Shown: positions 56,720-64,000 of the stretch, one piece after another | Layout of the letters: the number at the start of each line of letters is the position of its first letter | How positions within the stretch are numbered: the stretch's first letter is position 1 | DNA from: a virus | Length of the DNA stretch: 64,000 nt | Virus record (IMG/VR): IMGVR_UViG_3300009551_000005 | Span: 1 to 64,000 of that record | Strand: one strand, 5' to 3' | Program-made: the position numbers and the translations under genes | The notes under the pieces: model-generated | The model's database searches: none | Told to the model about the DNA's origin: nothing | What the model saw: only the letters and a program-made list of their open reading frames with translations

Positions 56720-57019
56720 ATGTCCGACCCTGAGAGCGGTGAGGAGTACGCGAAGAAGTTTCACGCGAACCAGCGCATCACGGGCTACGGGCTCGAGACC
56801 ACGATGCACCTGCCATGCCCCTTCTGCGCGGAACCCGACTTCCGTGTCTACAGGGTCATCGACTCTGAGATCGCGTGGAAAGAGCCGGCGGTTTGCAAGC
56901 ACTGCGAGCGTGGTCTCGAGCTCGTCATTGAGAGGACAGCGACCGGCACCACGATGCAGTTCTTTCAGTCCTCCGGCCCGGAACAGCCGCGTTGGTCCAA
57001 CATGCCCCGTCGCGGGTAG
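56720..57019 (+). CDS. Zn-finger protein
   Basis: CPFC...CKHC. Confidence 0.55.
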   Translation: MSDPESGEEYAKKFHANQRITGYGLETTMHLPCPFCAEPDFRVYRVIDSEIAWKEPAVCKHCERGLELVIERTATGTTMQFFQSSGPEQPRWSNMPRRG

Positions 57020-57028
57020 TCTCCATCC

Positions 57029-58138
57029 GTGGACCTCGCGACGCGCCTCGACCTCTTTCAGACCGGCCGGCAGTTCTTTCGCCAGCGCACGACGAGCATC
57101 GACCCCGCCCAGGTCGACATCCTCGGATCGGATGCGAACCTCATCGTGGGTGGCCAGTCCGTCATGGCCGCGAAGGTCGTGCAGCAGGTGGCCTACCAGA
57201 GCGGTCGGCACTTCGTGGCCGGGTGCTTCGATGAAGATCTCGACCGCTACGCGTACGACAAGTGCTTCGGGCTCCTGAGGAAGGGCGCATCACCGGCGGT
57301 CTCGCAAGTGCGCTTCTTCCGCGCCGGCGGTGCATCAGGAAGCATCCCCGCGGGCACCGTTCTTCGCACCGTCGGCGGGCAGGTGGAGCACGTGATGGTC
57401 ACGCCGGCGGTCTTCTCTTCCGGCGGTCTCTCCGCGACGTGTTTCACGCGCGCGACGCAGGCGGGCAAGAGCTCGCAGACCGGCGCGAACACCATCCGCA
57501 CGTTCGCCAACCCGACGGCCATCTTCGACCAGACGATCCAGCTCACGAACGACGTGGCCACCGCTGGCGGTGAAGACCGCGAGGACGACGACACGTTCAA
57601 GGGACGCATCATCCAGTTCCCGCAGAGCCTCGCGAAGGGGACGAACCCCGCCATCCAGTTCGGCGCGCTCACCGTGCCCGGAGTCGTGAGCGCGCTGGCA
57701 CAAGATGCGGTCGACCCGTCGGGTAACAGCGCACGCGTCGTGAACCTCTTCATCGCGGACTCGACGGGCGTCGCCAACGCGGCTCTCGTCGCCAACGTGG
57801 TTTCCGTCCTGCCCGAGTACAAGGCCGGAGGCATCGCGGTCGTCCTCTTCACGAGCATCCCGCAGATCCTGTCGATCGTGACCGCGCTCCAGTTCTCGGG
57901 GAACGTGGACACGGTCTCGCTGACCGCCGCGGTGTGGAACGCGCTCGTGGAGTTCGTGAACACGCTGCCCGTCAACGCGCCGCTCTACAGGAGCGACCTT
58001 CTTGCGGTCGTGCGCAGGTTCAAGCCGCTGGGCGTGGTGCCGTGGGGTGGGAGCATCGTGTCGCCGGCGGGGGACGTCTTCCCCACGCTCGGTCAGACCA
58101 TCAGGACGAGCCTCGCGTACGTCAGCGCTGCTTCCTAG
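57029..58138 (+). CDS. baseplate J-like protein
   Basis: IPAGTVL, GGEDREDDDTFKGRI, ALTVPGV. Confidence 0.88.
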   Translation: MDLATRLDLFQTGRQFFRQRTTSIDPAQVDILGSDANLIVGGQSVMAAKVVQQVAYQSGRHFVAGCFDEDLDRYAYDKCFGLLRKGASPAVSQVRFFRAGGASGSIPAGTVLRTVGGQVEHVMVTPAVFSSGGLSATCFTRATQAGKSSQTGANTIRTFANPTAIFDQTIQLTNDVATAGGEDREDDDTFKGRIIQFPQSLAKGTNPAIQFGALTVPGVVSALAQDAVDPSGNSARVVNLFIADSTGVANAALVANVVSVLPEYKAGGIAVVLFTSIPQILSIVTALQFSGNVDTVSLTAAVWNALVEFVNTLPVNAPLYRSDLLAVVRRFKPLGVVPWGGSIVSPAGDVFPTLGQTIRTSLAYVSAAS

Positions 58139-58865
58139 ACTTCGTCGCAACTGGCGGAGGAAGAAGCATCGGGATGATCCCGATGGGACGCTCGAGCGTC
58201 TTCGTGATGAGGTGCATGACCTGCGCTCCACCACCGCGGACGATGTGCCGGATGGACGACCTCGCGTTCCTCAAGACATCAGCCACGCGGCAGAGTCCCT
58301 CCCACGCCTCATCTGAATATGGAATCACCGCGACATCGTTCCAATCGCCGTGGTACTCGCGCGCACCATCGCCGACTGCTCGAAGCCTGCGCATCTCCTC
58401 AGCGTCTTTCTCCCAGCCCTTCAAGCTTTGCTCGAAGTCCTTGGAGTGTGAACGCGTGAACCACCGGTCTTGCCGCTTGTTGCTGCCGTCGTACCTCCTG
58501 TTGACCTTCGTGATCCCGGCGGTGTCGTTTCCGCGGACCAACGCTCGCTCGAGCCGTTCGAACGACAGCTTCACGTGGACTTCGACGTCGTTCATCTTTT
58601 CCCTGTCGAGGGGTTCGAACGCGTCGGGTTTCTCCCACTTGGAAAGGTCCGAACCGACCGTGATGACTGGCTCCCACACGTATCGGATCACCTTCTCGAG
58701 CTCCGCCTGAGCCTTTTCCTTCACCTCGTTGATGGTGTCCGCGCGCAACTCTTCGTCGCCGACCTTCGCGAAGAAGTTTTTCCTGTCACGGTCGAAGAGA
58801 ATGTCGACCCATCCGTGTTTCGTTTGGAGCTTGTCGACGACGTAGGGTTTGAGTGCGCGGCCCAT
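58122..58865 (-). CDS. hypothetical protein
   Basis: TAATG-coupled to the upstream minus-strand gene; GAGGAG RBS. Confidence 0.65.
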   Translation of the reverse strand: MGRALKPYVVDKLQTKHGWVDILFDRDRKNFFAKVGDEELRADTINEVKEKAQAELEKVIRYVWEPVITVGSDLSKWEKPDAFEPLDREKMNDVEVHVKLSFERLERALVRGNDTAGITKVNRRYDGSNKRQDRWFTRSHSKDFEQSLKGWEKDAEEMRRLRAVGDGAREYHGDWNDVAVIPYSDEAWEGLCRVADVLRNARSSIRHIVRGGGAQVMHLITKTLERPIGIIPMLLPPPVATKSRKQR

Positions 58866-59431
58866 TAGCGACTCCTCGTGAAGCACGCTTCGCGGAACAT
58901 CGCGAGAAGGACTGCGGCGGTGGATTGGGCGAGCGGTTCGAGCTTCTCCGTCGGCTTCTTCAACCCGGGGTGCTGATAGGTCCAAGGTTCGGCAGTGACC
59001 ATGAGAGTCAGAACCGGCGAAGTGACCGGGTTCACCCAATGCCATCCGTTCGGTTCCGTCATCTCGTAGCTCGAACCCTCGGGCAGACGGAGCACCATCA
59101 CAGTTTCCGCCGGGTCGCTGGAGTCACGTGAAGTGCCAACGCCCATCTCGTAGACGCCCGAAGCCTGGATGATCTTCACTGCGCTCGGCCAGGGGTGCGG
59201 GTGGTAGAGCGGCGTGCCACACGGATGGATGCGGTGGAGGTAGAGGCGAAGCGAACCGTGTTTCGGATGCTTCACGCTTCGCCAGAGCCGTTCGACGCGC
59301 GGCTTGTCGTAGTCCACGTCCAGCGACGTCCAGTCCGAGGGATCGTCGCAGATGAACGGGAGCGCGCTTTCGAAGTCTTCAAGCGCTGCGAGGAGCTCCC
59401 CTTTCCTGTATGTCCTTTTCTCTTCAGCCAT
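58865..59431 (-). CDS. cupin-like protein
   Basis: RLYLHRI...HPHPW...E...WH.V...LTLMVT; GCGGCAT-N9-ATG. Confidence 0.65.
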   Translation of the reverse strand: MAEEKRTYRKGELLAALEDFESALPFICDDPSDWTSLDVDYDKPRVERLWRSVKHPKHGSLRLYLHRIHPCGTPLYHPHPWPSAVKIIQASGVYEMGVGTSRDSSDPAETVMVLRLPEGSSYEMTEPNGWHWVNPVTSPVLTLMVTAEPWTYQHPGLKKPTEKLEPLAQSTAAVLLAMFREACFTRSR

Positions 59432-59446
59432 GGCGCCGCGATGCCG

Positions 59447-59470
59447 CCGTCGGTGATCGATCACCGACGG
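59447..59470. repeat. 24-bp palindrome, copy 9
   Basis: Exact copy between divergent motifs. Confidence 0.97.
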
Positions 59471-59489
59471 CGCTGCTAGCCTCCTGCGC

Positions 59490-61397
59490 ATGGCCAACGG
59501 CGTCGGCGCTCTCACTCCCCAGGACCTCCTCGCTGCGTGGCAGTCGGGGGCCGATGAGGGCTACACGCAGCCGCTCATCGCTGCCGGTGACGGCCAAGGC
59601 CTCGAGGTCTTCTCGCAGGCGGCCGTGCAGCTCGCGCGCGTCAGCCAGTGCTCGGACAACACGTTCGGCTCGTTCTACATCCTGCCCTGGAGCGGTCAGA
59701 CCGCGCCGTCGGCAGGGGGAGCGCAGCAGGCGACGGTGACCATCACCGTCACGAGAAACCTCAGGCTCGACGTTCCGCTCGTTCTCCCCGCCGGCGCGTT
59801 CGTCGAGGAAGTGGCGTTCGACTGGGGTCCCACCGGCGCTGTGCCGGTGCAGACCGGGCGACGTTTCCAGCTCCTTTCGAACGTCGTGTTCTTCAGCGGT
59901 GACAGCGGCCCTTACAACGTGATCGCGCAGGCTGAGAAACCGGGGTGGGGCTACAACAACCCGCAACCCGGCTCCATCTCACTCGTCGACCAGCCGGGCA
60001 GCGGCTACGAGAACACGCTCGCATCGGTGACGTTTGACCCGGGCTCCGGTCCACCGACTCCGCGCTCGCTCTCCGCGCTCCTCATCTCCGCGCCGCAGCC
60101 GGACATGTTCGTGCTCGAACACGTGGGCCAGTACGTCGCGTTCACCGCCGGCGCGAACGTCGGGCAGGTGGCCAGGATCTCCGCGGTACAGCCCCCGGTG
60201 CCGCCGACATCGGGAACCACCGCGGTCCTCGACTCCATTCTCTGTTTCGAGTGCACGACGTTCTCTGGCCCCTTCTTCGCCGGCGAGCTCGCGACCTTCA
60301 AGAGCGGCGGCGTGACGGTGGGTTCGGGCACTGTGCTCGCCAGCGCAGTGAACCCCGCAAGCGGAAACCTCCGCACCGTCGTGCATCTCTCCTTCGACAG
60401 CGGCTTTGCCGCCGGTGTCACCTGCACCGGCGTATCCTCCGCGCTCTCGGCGACGCTGACGCGTTTCCTCTACCGCCCGAGCTTCACCGCAGAGGCGCCG
60501 TCGGGTGGCGCGGGAGGAGCCTCGTGGAAGGTCCTCGACTGGGCGGCAGATCTCGGGGTCGAGGTGACCAACGCCGCGCAGCCCTCCGGCGGAAGGCTCG
60601 GAGTGCTCGACGAGCTCGGGAGAGAGCGCGGAGTGCCGCGCGCGGGAGGCGAAGGAGACATCCCCTATGCGAAGCGCGTCCACGCTGCGCCGGACAAGGG
60701 GAGCACGAACGCGCTGAAGCGCGCGTTGAACAAGCTCCTCGGCCCGGGCTCGCAGTGGTGCCTTCGTGAGGTGGGCACCGCGCTCCTCCCCGGCATGTTC
60801 TACGACGGCGGGCTCGAGACTCCTTCGTCGACGCCCGGGCGTGGAGAGAACGACTGCTACGACGTCGACACTGTGAGCTGGAGCGGCGGCGTCTACGTCG
60901 GCACGTTCAAGTTTCAGGAGCCGTGTGTCTACGTTGACGCGAGCGGAAACCAGCGGATCTTCGGGTACGTCGGATCGACCGTGGGAGGGCTCACGATGAT
61001 CCGCCGGCAGACGACGCAGGGCGCGTTTCCCGCAACGTCTTCGCCGACCGACAGGGTCAAAGGTCTCATCTCCGGCGCGACCTATCAGCCGCTCGCGAAC
61101 CCGGTTCAGAGTCCGAGTTTCACCGCGCGGCGCTTCCGCATGGTCATGAACTACGCGGAGTTTCGCGCGTTCTTTCTCGTGGGCCTGCCGCCATCGAACG
61201 CCGGCGAGTTCGGTTTCGCGTACGACTCGGGCACCTCCAACGCGTATGACCTGACAGGCACCGTCTACCCGACCTTCTACGACGGCTACCCCGTGGACTT
61301 CGCGGAGGAGTGCATGGCCGTATGGAACACGATGAACGCCACGAAGGATGGCGGCGTCGGGTTCGACCTGTACCTGGAACCCGGCCCCTGCTCCTGA
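59490..61397 (+). CDS. baseplate wedge/fibre-attachment protein
   Basis: LDELGRERGVPR..GEGD..Y.KR motif. Confidence 0.7.
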   Translation: MANGVGALTPQDLLAAWQSGADEGYTQPLIAAGDGQGLEVFSQAAVQLARVSQCSDNTFGSFYILPWSGQTAPSAGGAQQATVTITVTRNLRLDVPLVLPAGAFVEEVAFDWGPTGAVPVQTGRRFQLLSNVVFFSGDSGPYNVIAQAEKPGWGYNNPQPGSISLVDQPGSGYENTLASVTFDPGSGPPTPRSLSALLISAPQPDMFVLEHVGQYVAFTAGANVGQVARISAVQPPVPPTSGTTAVLDSILCFECTTFSGPFFAGELATFKSGGVTVGSGTVLASAVNPASGNLRTVVHLSFDSGFAAGVTCTGVSSALSATLTRFLYRPSFTAEAPSGGAGGASWKVLDWAADLGVEVTNAAQPSGGRLGVLDELGRERGVPRAGGEGDIPYAKRVHAAPDKGSTNALKRALNKLLGPGSQWCLREVGTALLPGMFYDGGLETPSSTPGRGENDCYDVDTVSWSGGVYVGTFKFQEPCVYVDASGNQRIFGYVGSTVGGLTMIRRQTTQGAFPATSSPTDRVKGLISGATYQPLANPVQSPSFTARRFRMVMNYAEFRAFFLVGLPPSNAGEFGFAYDSGTSNAYDLTGTVYPTFYDGYPVDFAEECMAVWNTMNATKDGGVGFDLYLEPGPCS

Positions 61398-61409
61398 TAC
61401 GTCTACCGC

Positions 61410-63125
61410 ATGCCCGGTGGCGGAAAAGCGATCGTCATTCAGACGCAGGAACGGGCGGTCTCGCCCGACATCAACAGGGCCCAGATCTTTGGCCAGTGGC
61501 AACTCGCCGAGGTCCTCCGTGGCCTCATGGACGTCACCACGACCGATGACTTCGACGCCGGCGGCAACGCTGCGAGCTCGCTCTCGATGGGCACGCCGAT
61601 GCGCGCGGAGATCTTCTCCGGCCTCGAAGTTCGTCCGCAGACAGGTGCGGGAGTCCTCGACCTTCAGGTGACGCCCGGCGTGGCGACGTGCGTTGCGCCC
61701 GACGGTGACACCGACGCTTCGGTGAACAAGGTCGTCTCCGATCCCGGCATCAATGTGAACGGGCTGCTCCAGATGACGGCCAACTCGTCGGGTTCGACGA
61801 GGATCGATGTCATCGAGGTGCAGTTCGCGCAGCTCGTCCTCACGACCGACAACCGCGACATCTTCAACCCGGCGACGGGTCTCTTCACCGCGACCAACGT
61901 CACGAAGAGCACGCAGGGCTATCTCACCGCGCTCTCCGGCACGCTCGTCTCCGGCAACGGACCGCCATGCATCCGCGTGCGTGCGGGCACGCCCGGCGGC
62001 GGGCTTCCTGCGAACCAGAGCGGCTGGACCCCCATCGCCGTCGCCTTCGTGCCCAACGGCGCGGTGCAGTGCGATGACATGGACTTCTGGGACGTGCGCC
62101 CGCTGGTCTCTGACCGGCAGTTCAACCTGACCGACACGAGCTCGATGTCGTACATGAAGCGCTTCATTGGGAGCGCGAACGACCAGGACTCCGGCGGTCA
62201 CACGTACGTGACGGGCATCGCAGAAGCGACGTTTGGCGCGCGGCGCGTCGGTGGAAACCTGCTCACTGGATGTCCCAGCGTCGACACGCTGCCGACGGCG
62301 AACTTCGACGCGCAGCTCGCGCGCGACCAAGACGGCGGGTCGCTCCCGTCTTCAGGCCTCTGGTACCTCTACCTGCTCTTTCCGGGAAACCTTCCGCGGT
62401 GGGCGCGCTACACGCGCAGCGCTCCGCGCGTCCCGCGTTCGCCGCGCGGGATTCCGGTCGTGTCGGGCACCGCACCGCAGCACGTGACCGGCAAGCCGTC
62501 TTCTGCGATCAACCTCCCCGCCGCATGCGGGCTCGGGGGTAGCACTCAGAACGGCGTCTGCATCATGTCCAGCGTCACGTCCTCGAGCACGCCTCACGGC
62601 GGCTCGGCGGATGGGCAGAGATTCTTTCCGTCGATCGTCCAGAGCTTCGGCGCGGCGACGAGCTCTCTCGACACGTGCACGTGGAACCTTGTCGATGGGA
62701 CCACGCATCCGCCCAACGCCCGGTCGATCCTCGTGTCGCTCACGATGACCATCAGGTTCACGGGCACGGGCGCGGCGTACACGCACACGGGCGTGGGCGG
62801 CACGCCTCCCAATCCGGTCCAGATGGGAACCGTGGCGACGGCTCCAGGCGCTCCCGGCGCAATCAACCAGATCGCGAACGTGTTCCCGAGCTCGAAGATG
62901 ATCTCGATCATCGCCACGGCCGGCTTCTACGACGTCCAGGTGGTGACCGAGACGCTCGAGATCCCGCTCTTCCCGGTCTATCCGGCGTCGGTAGCGAACC
63001 AGACTCGGAAGATCCAGTGGAAGCCGAACTTCAACACCAACTTCCTCCTGATCTCAGGCTCGAGCTCCCCATCCCTTCAGGGGACTCCTCAGATGCAAGT
63101 CGTTGGCTGGACGATGCACGACTGA
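61410..63125 (+). CDS. tail fibre/baseplate protein
   Basis: LQVTPGVA, NSSGSTRIDVIE; position. Confidence 0.65.
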   Translation: MPGGGKAIVIQTQERAVSPDINRAQIFGQWQLAEVLRGLMDVTTTDDFDAGGNAASSLSMGTPMRAEIFSGLEVRPQTGAGVLDLQVTPGVATCVAPDGDTDASVNKVVSDPGINVNGLLQMTANSSGSTRIDVIEVQFAQLVLTTDNRDIFNPATGLFTATNVTKSTQGYLTALSGTLVSGNGPPCIRVRAGTPGGGLPANQSGWTPIAVAFVPNGAVQCDDMDFWDVRPLVSDRQFNLTDTSSMSYMKRFIGSANDQDSGGHTYVTGIAEATFGARRVGGNLLTGCPSVDTLPTANFDAQLARDQDGGSLPSSGLWYLYLLFPGNLPRWARYTRSAPRVPRSPRGIPVVSGTAPQHVTGKPSSAINLPAACGLGGSTQNGVCIMSSVTSSSTPHGGSADGQRFFPSIVQSFGAATSSLDTCTWNLVDGTTHPPNARSILVSLTMTIRFTGTGAAYTHTGVGGTPPNPVQMGTVATAPGAPGAINQIANVFPSSKMISIIATAGFYDVQVVTETLEIPLFPVYPASVANQTRKIQWKPNFNTNFLLISGSSSPSLQGTPQMQVVGWTMHD

Positions 63126-63150
63126 TAGCTCGGCTGTTACATTCCGGGAC

Positions 63151-63639
63151 ATGGCTACTCCCGAGGAGATTGGACAGGAGCTCGTAAAGCACGGCATCGC
63201 CGCGGTAGTTGCCGGCGTGACCGCGCTCTTCGTCTCCGGCAAGTCGCTCCTCAAGCGTCACAAGGAGCACGGCGAAACCATCGCCAAGCACACGCAGTCC
63301 CTCGGGGACGTGGACGTGAAGCTCGTCGCGCTCGGACAGGCTGTCGCGACGATCACCGCGAACGTCGACGCCAAGGTCGCAGCGCTTCGCAAAGACGTCG
63401 ACTCCGATCTCGACGTCTTCGACGAGAAGCTCAAGAAGCATTGCGAGAAGATCGACGTCGACGTGCGCGCATTGCACGACAAGATCCACGGCGTGCGAGA
63501 GAGCTCCCACGACTTGGCAGACCGCGCGGAGGTCGCGCGTGTCATGACGGAGGTGACGGAGAGATGCCTGGAGATCGCGAAAGACACAGCGGAGCTCAGG
63601 GGGATGGTCGAGATGATGGTTTCCGTGCGGAAGCGGTGA
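63151..63639 (+). CDS. membrane-anchored coiled-coil protein (holin/antiholin-like?)
   Basis: TACATT-N7-ATG; single TM segment. Confidence 0.55.
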   Translation: MATPEEIGQELVKHGIAAVVAGVTALFVSGKSLLKRHKEHGETIAKHTQSLGDVDVKLVALGQAVATITANVDAKVAALRKDVDSDLDVFDEKLKKHCEKIDVDVRALHDKIHGVRESSHDLADRAEVARVMTEVTERCLEIAKDTAELRGMVEMMVSVRKR

Positions 63640-63760
63640 CCGAGCCCGACTCGCTCCAGATGGCGAAGCGGAAGTTCGACCTCGTGACTCGAGACATCAA
63701 GGAGTCGCAGCGCCTCGCGAAGACGCGTCTGCGCGCCATCCTCGCGTCCACGGGCACGGA

Positions 63761-63784
63761 CCGTCGGTGATCGATCACCGACGG
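63761..63784. repeat. 24-bp palindrome, copy 10
   Basis: Exact copy; supplies the TGA of small ORF 63636..63770; TAGGCT follows at 63791. Confidence 0.97.
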
Positions 63785-63827
63785 CGCTGCTAGGCTCATC
63801 CGGGAGACCTCAACAGGAGCCCGGACA

Positions 63828-64000
63828 ATGCCCGACGAAGCCAAGACCGAACCGACCAAGATCGACGCGCCGAAGGAGATGGCCAAAGTCATCGTCGCCG
63901 GCGACCCGCCTGCCAGCACCACGTCTCTTCAAGGCACGAGCGCAGGCTTCGCCACGCGGCAGTTCGCGATCACCGCGCTCTGCGTCGCCGGCGGGTTCCT
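63828..64000 (+). CDS. membrane protein, 3'-truncated
   Basis: AGGAG RBS; hydrophobic segment begins at the window end. Confidence 0.5.
   Translation, partial: MPDEAKTEPTKIDAPKEMAKVIVAGDPPASTTSLQGTSAGFATRQFAITALCVAGGF

Noticed and set aside
42363-63125. Tailocin or contractile injection system instead of a phage
   Set aside because: Terminase, portal, scaffold and capsid genes are present in the same locus.
4816-63784. Palindrome series as a CRISPR array or integron attC sites
   Set aside because: Copies are kilobases apart with no spacer periodicity, no cas or integrase gene is visible, and there are no attC R-box ends.

Overview
This is a 64-kb, GC-rich segment of a large contractile-tailed (myovirus-type) dsDNA phage or prophage. 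On the + strand it carries a near-complete morphogenesis set: terminase, portal, minor head protein, head fibres/decoration, scaffold, major capsid, neck, sheath, tube, frameshifted tail chaperone, tape measure and baseplate/fibre genes. It also encodes lysis-type enzymes, a dCMP deaminase and an MT-A70 methyltransferase. Lipoprotein and DNA-binding protein styles suggest a Myxococcota (Polyangiales-like) host (inference). The most striking features are non-coding. (1) A 24-bp perfect palindrome, CCGTCGGTGATCGATCACCGACGG, occurs 10 times, 2.5-10 kb apart; 8 copies lie directly against promoter-like motifs and 2 are embedded in-frame in genes. (2) Two classes of apparently leaderless promoter-like motif occur. 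TANNNT-N6/7-start precedes mostly virion and lysis genes. A distinct GCGGCAT-N9-13-ATG precedes 13 small interleaved non-virion genes, often back-to-back with the first class and with the palindrome between them. (3) Several structured intergenic RNA candidates are present, including a tRNA-like element. All functional calls come from reading motifs by eye; no database searches were run.
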